Assembly (NCBI GenBank): GCA_036172245.1
Contig: JAYWIR010000010.1
Coordinates: 3,596,001-3,660,000 of the forward strand
DNA: 64,000 nucleotides
Source: Raillietiella orientalis
Lineage: Eukaryota
Reading direction: 5' to 3'
A program made the translations under genes and the position numbers. This document shows positions 39,455 through 50,795 of this stretch, one piece after another. The number at the start of each line of letters is the position of its first letter. Position 1 is the stretch's first letter. Below the pieces are notes generated by a model. The model was given only the letters and a program-made list of their open reading frames with translations, did no database searches and was not told the DNA's origin.

Positions 39455-41283
39455 TCACCTGGTCACGCTGGGGCGTTTATTTTATGGAAAAATAAACCAG
39501 TTGGGAACCAAGTTCCCAATCGACGACAACAGAGAACAAAGGGGAGGGTCCACCGGCAAGCAGACCGGGATAAGGGAAGTTCGGAATGGGAGAAGGGATC
39601 GAGGGACAACAAAAAAAGAAAAATAAACGCGGTGGGATGGAACGGGGATCTTTGAGTTCGCTACGAGAGGCACGGGGATAAAAACAAAACACCGGGGAAG
39701 CTGCAGAGCAATCGGAGATAGGGAATGAAAGGGGATGGGTGAAGATGAAAATAATGAAAATAGAGAGTGGGAGGGAGCAAGGGTCACCGGGCTCTGCCGT
39801 TCCTAACTGTCCATCAACCGGCGGTGGATGCCGGCGATCTCGTTCGCCTCTTCGTCCCGGTGAGGCCACCTCACAGCCACCCTTATGTATGCCATCCTGG
39901 TGACCCCCCTTCGCTGCGCGGTCGTCTCAAACACATGGTGGGTTGTGACAATGGCACGGATGCAACTCATGGTTGCAATCACTGCGCCCGTCTGGCGGTC
40001 GGTGGCGAAGCACTCGCAACCCTGTTTGCGTGTCACCACCGCCGGTTCCGATCTTGCGGTTTCCCTCTCCGGTGTGTCGCTGCTCTGATGAGAGCGAACA
40101 CGTGGATTCGCTGACGCCCTGCAAATACTCCGACCTGGCGGCAGGAGAAAGTGAGGCCGTGGGACCAGCTCACCCAGGTCCCGTCGGAAGTTACCCGCTG
40201 CCGAGAGTTTCAGAAGATCAAAGGAAGAACACTGGAGGCGGTGGGTAGTGAACTGACTATGTTGGCCTACCCAGCAGCCAGCCCCTTAGCCGCAGCGGTG
40301 TCCTCCGCTATCAAGGTACATGACACTTGCCTACCGGTGAAGTGAGAGGTTTCCAGCGAGATCTCGGCCCGCAGGAAGCCTATCGGTGGCTGGACATCGC
40401 GTGAGCTGGCTGACGCGGCAACAGCAAGAACCGCCTCCAAAGGACTGGAACGTTGGGACGAACTCTTCTCCATTCAGCCCGAAGAGTTGGAAATACCCCG
40501 GGAATGCCCATGGACAGCAAGCTGCTTCCCCTCAAGTGGCAATCGGCGCTGCCTATACTGCACTGGGGTCTTCCGTGCAATGCGAGCCGGACCACTGGAC
40601 GAGGGAAAGCACATCGCCGAACTGCGCCAGGTGTGGAGAGAAGACCTTCCTCCACCTCATAGTGCAGCCTGTCGCCCTCCGGGACTTGTGGGAACGTTTC
40701 TTTGCGTCCCTTCCACACCCCGTGGACGATCCCAGAGACTCCTTGAGGCCTTTCTTCGTGCGGGGCGCTATGACGCCCGCAGCCGCATTCGCAGCGCTGT
40801 GCTGCCTGCGCGGTGCCGTCGCGGAGAAGTGAGACGCCGAGGGTGATCAGAGCGACGGGGGAGCTGCCCTGCAGGCCATGCGCTTCCTGCAGATAGCTTT
40901 GAGGTGGCCCCACCTGGAAAGGGAGAAGGAGGAGCTCGCCGACATCCTTCAACGAACGCCGAGGCCTCACCCATCATGAAACGTCAACCCTTCCCTCCCC
41001 CCCCAATTATTTTTTTTTTTTTGTTGTTTTGTTAATCTTTATTGTTTGTTATAGTTTGTTTTCTTTTTGTTCTAATTTTGTTTCATTCCTCTTCCCCTTC
41101 GTGTATGTGATGGACCTCGCCGTCTCTTTCTCTTTTTTCCTAATGTAATAACTGGAATCGATGAGCCTTTTGCCTCCAGCGATTCCTGCAAAAGGAATAA
41201 ACGCCCCGGCGCACCCGGGTGTGAAATCACTGCGCCCGTCGACAGACCTCCTGGAGCAAAGAACCGTCGGAGCACATCTCGGA
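39455..41283 (-). mobile_element. Short 3' LINE copy interrupted by a nested insertion
   Basis: Reading frame 'RDVLRRFFAPGGLSTGAVI' (41225-41283) resumes as 'ATMSCIRAIV..IHRRLMDS*' below 39977; terminal motif at 39455-39481. Confidence 0.88.
39993..41224 (+). mobile_element. Nested 5'-truncated LINE copy with 16-bp TSD
   Basis: TSD aatcactgcgcccgtc at 39977-39992 and 41225-41240; Zn finger 'CARCGEKTFLHL'; terminal motif 41196-41224. Confidence 0.9.
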
Positions 41284-41295
41284 GATCGAAATTTT

Positions 41296-42198
41296 TCACG
41301 CGGCCATGCCGGGGCGTTTATTAAAAATAAACCAGTTGGGAACTTTTCTTCCCAGCCGACGACTACAAGAAGCAAACAAGAGAGTCCATCGGCACGCAGG
41401 CTGGGAAAACGGAAATCCGGAACGGGGGAAGTGATCGGGGGACAACAGAAAAAACAACATCGGTGAGAGGGGTAGGGATCTTTGGTGTCGCTCCGTACTC
41501 TCCGGGGAAAAAAAAAATAAGAGTACCAAGAAAGTAATGGAGCAATGGAGACGGGGGATTAGGAAAAAAATAAAATAAAATAAAGGGAGGGAGGGGACAA
41601 GGTTCACTGGGTCCGCCGCTCCAAGTCGTCAATCAACCGGCGGTGGATGCCAGTGATCTCCTCCTTGGCTTCCTCTTCCAGGTGAGGCCACCTTGAAGCT
41701 GTCTTGATGTGAGTGGCTGCCATCCTGGTGACCTCCCTTCGATGCGCGATGATTTCCTGCACCTGTCGGGCCGAAACGATGGCGCGGATGCAACGCATGG
41801 TTGCAATAACAGCGCCCGTCGAGAGGCCTCTCGGCGCGAAGAACCGCTGCAGCACGTCTCGAGCGGTGTCCTCCTGGTGCAGGAATGCTGTTTCCAGCCT
41901 CCGCGACAGTTCTTGGAGGATGCTGCAGTCCAAAAGTCCTGGCACAGTTAGGGGAAACAACCCCTCTGGAAACTCGGTGCCACCGCTCGTTGCACCGGAA
42001 TCCTCAGTGAACAAAAAGCAGCACGTCCTGTTTCCAACTCAGCGGAAACACTGATGTGTTTACAGCAGTTTGGCGGGACCACTAGTTCTTCGGGAGCAAC
42101 ACTCAGCTGTTCGTACCATCGAACAAGTCCCGCAGCAGTTGTCCGTGTAGTGGCAGCGTCTGCCAACTCGAGCGCCTTCCAGCCAACTAAGAGTTTTG
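41296..42198 (-). mobile_element. 5'-truncated LINE copy (ORF2 C-terminus + 3' UTR)
   Basis: 'ELADAAT..EELVVPP..LHQEDTARDVLQRFFAP'; terminal motif 41296-41322. Confidence 0.88.
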
Positions 42199-42202
42199 TT
42201 TG

Positions 42203-43450
42203 TCACCCGGATATGCCGGGGCATTTATTATAAAAATTTTTTACGCACACGAAAAAAATTCCTTAATAAAGTCATTAGGAATGTTTCATTCGTGGTAGAA
42301 CACTTGGTTCTACCACGCTCGAGAGACTTGGCATAAACCGGTACATAGACCGGTGAGGCCCTCTCCAAAGGCGAAGGGGAAGAAAAGAACAAAACACAAA
42401 TAAACAAAAAGAATTGAAAAGGGGAGGAAAATGTTTTTAGGGGAGGTTGGAGGTGGGAATAGATCACTGTATACCTGGATTGGTCCTCTGCATCCTGTTA
42501 CGGACGCTAACAAGTGCTGGACGGATATTCCAGAGTCGGGGCCATGGGGCGGAGTGCTTCATGAAGATTTCCGCCCAGTGGATGGCTCCCCTGCTGTTTT
42601 GGCCTCATCTGTTCGCGGCCCACCTTGCCGCTATTCCGCGTACACAGCAGAGAACTGCTAGAGACTCTACGGAGGGTAGGGCATTACGCATGAAGAGGAG
42701 CCGGAAAATGTCTTTCGGGTCGCCTTCTGGAATATTCACGATCGACAAGAGTCGATTTTAAAGGTCACGGAGGGCGACACAGTCTATTAAGAGATGCGGG
42801 AAGGTTTTCCTTCCGCCGCACTCTGCACAACGGGCATCCACACTTACAAGTGTTCAGTGAGAGAGGCGTACTCTGCATAGGATTCCCCGACGCAAGAATA
42901 GCAACGCCGTTTCTTGCCACTTTATTGGGAGGGTGCAACTGTCCTCACACGGTGGGGGCTACTTCCCCTCCTGCGGAAGCATTCCGAGCAGCTCGCCCCA
43001 GGGCAAAACTCGTTTAGGAGGGAAACTCTGGGTCTCAGCGTTCGCTAGCTTCCGAGTTGTCTTGTACCTTCAAGAGTTCTTTCCTGCCCCCGATGAGGCA
43101 GGACACTTCCCACAATGCTCGTTCCTTGCTATCCCTAGCGTTCCTGAGGGAGGGCAGCACTGGGGCAAGGGGGATAAAAGAAGTCCACAGCAGCTTGCTT
43201 GGGTTGTTGAGCGTAGGTTCCTTGTCGGAGGCAGACGTATTCCGCCTCGCTCGAGCTGTTGATTTTTCCCCATGCGGAAACAGACTCCTGAAACCAGGCA
43301 ATGCAGTTCGCGGGGAGGTAGGAGATCCACGTGTTCTCCCTCACCAGGGCAGCCATCTGTCGCAGCTGATGACCATAATGGTTCAGGCGGCTTTCGCATG
43401 CCACGAGTATCGAAGACAATCCTTTGCAGCCGGTCGCTCTGCTGGCAAGA
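42203..43450 (-). mobile_element. 5'-truncated LINE copy (related to the 36708-38867 subfamily)
   Basis: 'QLRQMAALVRENTWIS..QESVSAWGKINSS', 'NPSKLLWTSF..WEVSCLIGGRK'; terminal motif 42203-42229. Confidence 0.88.
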
Positions 43451-43862
43451 GCTTAACCGGAGCTTTTATTTTTTAAATTCTACATTATTTGTTATATTTA
43501 AATTTAGTCTTTTGGGTATTGCTTCTTCCACAACACATGGTTCTGGCAATGTTTTTTCACTTGTCCTTACCGACCCGCTGGCGGGTGTGGTACTCTCCAC
43601 AGGCGAAAGGGACGGCAAAACCAAAAAAAAAAGAAAACAAAAGAAAAAAAAGAAAAAACGCCGGGGGGACAAAGTTTTATGGAGTGGGGAGGAATGGGAT
43701 GGGATCACTGCTCGCCGGGAGGAGTCCTCTGCATCTGGTTTCGGATGCGGGCAAGTGCCGGTTGAATTGCCCTTAACCGGTTCCATCGGCATGCCTTCTC
43801 CATGGAGAGGATTGCCCAATGAATGGCGTTCCGGTTTCTATGTCCTCTCCTCGATGCATTGC
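43451..43862 (-). mobile_element. Short LINE 3' end fragment
   Basis: 'TCPHPKPDAEDSSRRAVIPS' nearly matches 38565-38625; AATAAA plus only the first arm of the terminal stem. Confidence 0.8.
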
Positions 43863-44995
43863 ACTTACGTCGACACGACAGGAGTGCCCGAGCACGAGCT
43901 AGGCAAGGTTACCAGAGTATCCCTGTATGCTCTCAACACCAGCTCAAAGTAGATGCTGAAGAGCAAGGGACTCAGACTGTCACCCTGTCTGATACCGTGA
44001 TGAACAGGAACACCGTACACGTGCCGGATGCTGAAACAAACGCGAAGTGCCAGCAGGAGCCCAGGTAGTCCAGGAAGACGGCCGGAAATCCCATGCGCTC
44101 CAGTAGCTCCAGGAGGAGTGCCTGGTCGACGCAGTCGAAAGGACATGGGGAGCAGAAGAAGCAGATCATCAGCGTAGGCGACCATGGCAGGCGTTCCCGG
44201 GCAGGAGCTTGGCAAGTGAGACAGCGTCAGCCTGTACGCTCTCAGCACCAACTCAAAGAAGATGCTGAAGAGCAACGGGCTTAAGCTATCCCCTTGCCGA
44301 ATGCCCCTACGCACGAGAATACCGTACATGTGGCAGCTGCTGAAAGTAATGCAGGTTAGCGCGTGGCGCCAGCAAGCGCGCAAGTAAAGCAGGAGTTGCG
44401 CCGGGAATCCAAGGCGTTCCAAAAGCTCCAAGAGGAGCTCCTGGTTTACGCAGTCGAACGCCTTATGGAGATCGACCGCGACCGCCAAGGCACCTGGCGT
44501 TCCCTCCTGCCGTCGGCGCGTGTTCTTGCCTGCGGCTGCGGCTTTCGCCGCAGCCCGGCTCTGCTGCGCCACGACCTCCTGTAGCTGCATCCAAGTGCGC
44601 GCGAAAAGGATGTTCGCCTCCATGGATCGTCCGGCAACCGCGTAGGGTTGTTCCGGGCTCACCAGGGATTCCGCGAGACTTCCTAACCGCGCGACCCACA
44701 GCTTAGAAAATAACTTGACGTTCGAATTCACCAGAGTGATCGGACGCCAGTTGTTGAGATGGCAATTGAAATCTCCGGCTACCAGGTGCGCTTTCCGAAC
44801 GTCTCCTTTAATCAGCCAGTCGCGTCGCAAGTTTCTGAAGAATGTCTTTCGTTCCCGGGCTCTGCTTGAGCCTCTAGGAGTGTACACATTCGTGACTACG
44901 GGATCGATCGAGTCGGACCACCTAGGTGTCAGTTGGCCGACCCGACCTTCCTTGTCGAAGCGTACGCTTTCTCGTCCGTCGCGACGACCGGTTGA
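43863..44995 (-). mobile_element. Rearranged LINE ORF2: APE fused in frame to RT, followed by a second RT segment from another subfamily
   Basis: 'NVYTP..AGDFN|CHLNNWRPITLV..DLHKAFD..QGDSLSPLLF..YADDL', then a repeat of 'FDCVDQ..QGDSLSPLLF' at 43863-44140. Confidence 0.88.
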
Positions 44996-45056
44996 ATAAG
45001 GAAGACCATCCTGCAGGACCGGAGGGATCCGCAATGTCACGGCAGCAGGCCACCCC

Positions 45057-45916
45057 AGTTGACAGTTGCCTACCGGCAAGGTGGGAAATCGCCTGCACTA
45101 TCGCAGGAGCAACCCGACCCATGGGCGACTGGAGGACTAGCGAGCTGGCAGACGCCGCCACGCCTCGCAACATCCCGAAGGGACTCCTTCGGTGGAGTGA
45201 ACTCTTGAGTGTGCCCCCCGAAGAACTTGTGGTCCCTCCCTAGTGCATGAACACTTCTGTGTTCCTCCTTTCTTGGAAGCAGGACATCATCATGCTGGTG
45301 CATTGGGGTTTCCATTGCAGCCAGCGCGCTCACCTAGTTTCCGTGGGAGTTGTCTCCTCGAACTGTAAAAGGTGCGGAGAAGCAGAAACGCTCCAGCACC
45401 TGCTCTTCGACAACGGTGTTCTCCAAGGACGTGACGGAGGCTGGCTTCAGCTCTCCTGCACCAGGGGGACACTGCAAGGACATTAATGCTCCGCTTCTTC
45501 ACGCTAGGCGGCCTGTCGTTAGGTGCTTTCGTCGCTACGATCTGTTGCATCCGCGCCATCGTCACGGCCCGCCGCCAGTTGGAGTCACAGGAGATTTTTC
45601 GGGAGGTCGCCGGTTTAGCCGACAACATGATGTCGGCTACCAGGTGGCCTCATCTTTCAGAAAACATCAGAAAGGAGATCTCCGGCATCCAACGCCGATT
45701 CTGAAAGGAACGGCCGAACCCACAGACCCAGTCGTCAACTCCCTCCTATCTCTTTTTGTATTTTTTGCATATATGTATTTGTGGTCCCCTCCCTCCCGTT
45801 CTGGACTTTCGGTGTGACCGACCTGCATTTCGGGGAGTCCTCTCCTCGAACTTCCCTTTGTCTGGGAACTTTTGTCTGGAAAATTACTGGCTCATTTCCG
45901 GAGCAATTTCCGGATG
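45057..45916 (+). mobile_element. LINE 3' portion (related to the 53811-57913 subfamily)
   Basis: 'DSCLPARWEIACTIAGATRP', Zn finger 'CKRCGEAETLQHLL', 'EISGIQRRF*', 3' UTR with a degenerate terminus. Confidence 0.88.
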
Positions 45917-46299
45917 CACCTTTTCTTGACTGATTTTTCCTTCGGTTTCTGAGAGCATGATCTGAATTGTGTGTCATGACATCCTCCATACCTCCTTGAT
46001 CATGCAAACAACATTGGCATAAAACGACACCTAATATAATTCTTACGTATATCTACATATATTCAAATTTGATCTCCAGAGACATGCTCTACACACATTT
46101 AGGTGGCGCTGTGTTGTATTAGATTTGATTTTGTTTTGTCGTGCCGGCAATCCATGAACGTTTCGTATGGATTTGAGACTCATTAACCCTTCTCATTACA
46201 GCTCATAATAGAACAGGAGAACTCGAAAGATGTGGCCAAGCGGCCATCAGGACGCTATTGAGAAATTCTACTGCTCCCTGCGACCAAGATGATGCCACT

Positions 46300-46760
46300 G
46301 GAGAGAAAAGAGAAATAAGAATTCAAATTGATCAATGGTCACGCCCCGAATCACCTGGATGACCATAAAAGAGCTCCATTCCAATAACATTGGATCGCAT
46401 CCCACTTTTGCTGAAATGTTCTCTGCCTTCTTCCGGAGAGCTCCTTGCGAGTTTAACGGGGTTCTAAATTTAATCTCCTCTTGTAGCCTTCTTCTGATCA
46501 CTGATACTCTGTCTGATATTGTTACGGCTTCTTGAGAAATATGGTGACAGTGTCTTACGAATGTTCCACCATCCACTGTTTCTGACGCTTGTTCGGGAAG
46601 TCTGACCTTGAGTGCACTTCGGAATGCTGCAACCTTTCCCCCTATTACGCTGCATCCTTGTCTCTCGGGCAGGTAAAGTCGATATTCCTTACATTAAATG
46701 AGCGATTCCCGTAACTTTGTGATGACCTATTTCAATTTGCTGTGTGATCTTGACGGAGCA
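46300..46760 (-). mobile_element. Possible Tc1-like transposase remnant
   Basis: 'ISDRVSVIRRRLQEEIKFRTP' resembles the Tc1 'STIRRRL..RxP' HTH2 segment; heavily frameshifted. Confidence 0.3.
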
Positions 46761-47332
46761 TCCCTTCTTTCTCCCCTTTCCTTTGCAAAATACCGACATA
46801 AAAGGTTCTAAAAGGGTGATTCGAATAGAAAGATGGTCTTCAGGAGGAACTCTTTCTTTCCTGCCCACCGGAGAGCTCTGATCTCAACGTGCACTGAGAT
46901 CGGGATGATTTTCATCAAGGACTCTTTAATAAATGGTACTACTCTCCCTCGTGTGCACCTGGGTATTGATCCAGAAGCAAGAAAACTTGTACGACTCGTG
47001 CATCCTTCATTACATTTTATATTCTTCGTAAAATGTAGCTAACAATCCTTAAGGAGCAGCGAACAGCTTCACTCCCCATTTCTCTATCCTGCAGATTAAA
47101 TGTGTGGGTCCCTTCAGCAGCAAACGTGTTTTCCGTTCCGTATTCTCACATTTTATCCGTGCACAGTGTGCCTATTTTTGCATTGCTCACTTTTTTTGCT
47201 TCCGTGGCTCCTGTCGACACATCTCTGAGAGGATGCGCTTGCCACGAGTGCATGTGCCACACGCAGATCACTTTCAGCTTTGAAACCAACCGACCAGTAG
47301 GAAGTTAACAGGGGTGACACGCGGGTGCTTAA

Positions 47333-48453
47333 CCCTCTATGGGGAGAATTTTTTTCAAGGCTATAAAAAAATTTATGTGGCGTGAAATGAAGAAATATGA
47401 ACCTCTAAATACCAATTAATAATGAATTGAGTAATTTGAATGTTTTTATTGTGACGAATATGCTCTGTGACTTTGGGGTTACAACGTTTGCACTTACGTA
47501 TAAAGGCTCACGTGTGGAATTCCATAAAACGACCCGTAAATTGACATAAAACAGCAACAACCAAAGAATGTTTCATTAGATGAAACACCCATGGGTTTTG
47601 CTGGATCACCTTGCAGTGCATTTGTATTGGTATAGTCAACTGTGGTACTTATAATTTCGTCATCAAATAATTTTCGGAAATAGGTCATAGGAGAGTGGGG
47701 TGCTTCAGGATCTTCGGGACAGTTTCCTTTCCAAGGAAGGTGAAGGCTATTTTTCGGATGGGATACTGATTGCCAAGAAGGTTGTCGCGATTTTAAGTTT
47801 TTCATCATCATCTGATGACGATTCACCACTCAACTGATCGTTGCCATCGATAATATTTACACGTCTTCGAGTAATTGCTAGTGCCGAGTCAGATTCGAAT
47901 AAAGCATCTACGGATGCCCATTACCTCTTGTGCTTCTTATTCTTACTACTCTTTTCATTTTTATATGCTTTGGTATTCACATTTTAGGCTTCTATTATAT
48001 AAAACGAAAAAAAAAAACATGCATTCATCGTTATCGCAAATACACGGAATCCCACCATTGCAGCTCATTGTGACTTGAAAGAGCGATGCCATGTGAAAAT
48101 AAGAACAAGATGATCGTGTAAATATGTGTAAAACGAATAAGAGATTATTGACATACAGACCAGGAGCTGTTACGTAGGCTTTTTCTTGTTTCTCGAACCA
48201 CCGACAGAACAAAAAATAATGACAACTGCACAGGATGGTTCGTACAACCTTTATCTGTACGTGACACCTTGCAAAAGCATTCACTTCGATATCTCGGGTT
48301 GGAGTTGATATCCGTCACCAAGGCTGTTGCTGGTTACCAAGGAGACGTTGTACGACAAGATGGTTATGCATGTTGGGGTAAAAAATTCCTCATGTCCATA
48401 AGATATCGACATATTCGTATGTTACTTCAGAGTCACACCGGGCCTGTAGAGGG
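47333..48453 (-). mobile_element. Internally deleted piggyBac element
   Basis: TTAA at 47329-47332 and 48454-48457; CCCTCTA termini; 'SPMTYFRKLFDDEIISTTVDYTNTNALQ..FFGCCCFMS' is the start of a piggyBac (PGBD-like) transposase domain. Confidence 0.85.
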
Positions 48454-48834
48454 TTAAGGACAGAAAGCTTGAGAGCAAACGTGGAGGTCGATGTTTCCCC
48501 CGGATCTGCAGCCGAGTTCAGAATGAAAACCACGCAAGCGAAATAGTGTTGGCAGCAAAATGTTCACAAGCAACTTTCCCAAGGAAAGGACTCTGAGATG
48601 CGATGAGGCGAGGTCATGATTCTCTTGGAGTAGCTTTGGATCTTCACTCTGCTTCTAAGGCACCCACCAGATTGCCTTCCTGCAGTTGGAAGGAGAACTG
48701 GAGCACCTGGTCAGATCGCATGCTTCTCTTCCCAGTCGGATGGGTTGCATCGCAACAGTGACTAAAACGGCATCAGAGTGGCATCCTCCCCTTTAAGAGT
48801 TTTTATTCATAATAACGGTTTCAGATAAGAACGA

Positions 48835-49523
48835 GCATTCCCTCTTCTTTGGAAACAGGACGTACTTTTGCTCGTGCATTGGGATCTCCATTGCAACCAG
48901 CGCGCGCACCTAGTTTCCGGGGAAGTTGCTTCCCCCAACTGTGGACGGTGCGGAGCAGCAGAAACGTTCCCGCACCTTCTTTTCGACTGCGGTGTCCTCC
49001 AAGGACTGTGGCGGAGGCTGGCTTCAGCTCTCCTGCACCAGGGGGACACTGCAAGGACATTAATGAGCCGCTTCTTCACTCCAGGCGGCCTGTCGTTAGC
49101 CGCGGTTGTCGCAACGGTCTGTTGCACCCGCGCCATTGACAAGGCCCACCGACAGCTTGGAGGGACGGGTGGAGTCGCAGGCGATTCGTCGATAGGCCAC
49201 CGGAATAGCCGACGACAACATGACGTCGGCTGCCAGGTGGCCTCTTCTTCCAGAAGACGTCAGGAAGGAGATCTCCGGCGCCGGTTATAAAAAGATGGAA
49301 CGGCCGATACCAAAGACCCCTGTCCCCAACCCCTCCATATCTATTTTTATATTATATATATATATATATATTGATTGATTGATGGTCCTTTCCCTTCCGT
49401 TCCGGACTTTCGTTTTTTCCGACCTGCGTCTCGGGGAGCCCTCCCTTCGATCTTTTGTATCCCTTGCCTGGGAACTTTGTTCCCAGATACTTTTTAAATA
49501 AATGTCCCGGCGCACCCGGGTGA
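48835..49523 (+). mobile_element. 5'-truncated LINE copy (Zn finger + 3' UTR)
   Basis: 'CGRCGAAETFPHLLFDC..LHQGDTARTLMSRFF'; terminal motif 49497-49523. Confidence 0.9.
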
Positions 49524-50032
49524 AAAGCATCTCCCACTCGAATCCCATGGATGTTTTCGCCGTTCTGGTTCCTTGGAATTTCTACACATGGGATCCACGG
49601 AACGGCTCCAGGTTTCAGGATGACTATACCAAGAATGCCTCACTCACTGGCATTCCCGATTCGATGGGATCTGGTGGGATCTGACGGCTCTGGAAACTTT
49701 CTTGATCAGCTGACAGCAATGATGAGCACACAAGAGCAATAACAGTTAAGCAGCCGATAAGGATCAGTACATAGTGCTCGCACGTTTGAGGAAAAAATAC
49801 TCAGTAATAAATGCGTTAATTTCATTTGCCGAGTTCCCAAGGTGAGTCTTTCTCGTTAGGGGACTTCCAGAAAGGAAATCTTGGATTCGTTGTCATGGCG
49901 GCGACTGGTGTCGATCAAAATTCCGAATACCGAAATCTCGAAAGATTACCTTTTTTTATAATCATTAATTATTCTTATTCATAATAAGCATACGTATTTA
50001 TTTTTTTTAAAAATGTGCTTATTATGAATACT

Positions 50033-50143
<111 letters not shown>

Positions 50144-50267
50144 TGATTGATATATGTAATAGACACATATATTCATTATTACTTGTGTTAATCATATGTA
50201 TGTCAATAAGTATGTTAAAATAAATTTGTGTCAATATGTATACATGTTTATATACAAATTTATGTTG

Positions 50268-50795
50268 GCATTCTATCACTTGGCGTTGTCTCAAAGTTCG
50301 TTGGCAGACTGCTTTGCTGTTATGGCCCGGAAATCACCACAGCTGCAGAAAGAATTTTTTCACAATTTTGCAGCACAAAAGTGCCTGACACGTGATCTTT
50401 GTTTTCCGCCCTTCATCTTTTTGTATCCTCACTAAACACCGTCTAAATTTGAGACACATTAAGTACAATATGTCTGTATGAGAATTCTAGGTTGGAATTT
50501 GATGCTTATCGAAATGATGTGGAAATGTTGAGAAAAGAGCTGCTGAGGGCCGACTACAGGAAATGCTGAGACACTATGATGCATGCAAACATCATTGTGA
50601 AAAGTTACGTTCTGATGTATCCGTGGAACTGCCCTTCCCGGATGAGAATCCCATTAAAGTCATGCACAAGCAGTTGCTGCTTTTCCACAACTCAGCATAT
50701 TTTGCTAGCAACCAGAAATCTCTTGATGCAGTGTTCAAGCAGTTCAACACCTCCGAAAGAAATCCAAATGCTAATGCTCTTGGTTGGAGTAGTAA
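50268..50795 (+). pseudogene. Arfip: Intronless, frameshifted arfaptin (AH/BAR domain) C-terminal fragment
   Basis: '[29 protein letters not shown]', 'LFSALHLFVSSLNT', 'YENSRLEFDAYRNDVE', 'EKLRSDVSV..IKVMHKQLLLFHNSAYFASNQKSL..KQFN', 'SWLE**' follow the arfaptin-1/2 C-terminal half in order. Confidence 0.9.

Noticed and set aside
49497..49523. LINE terminal motif as a shared target site (snRNA/tRNA) or CRISPR-like repeat
   Set aside because: TSDs place the motif inside the element, downstream flanks differ, and spacing and orientation are irregular.
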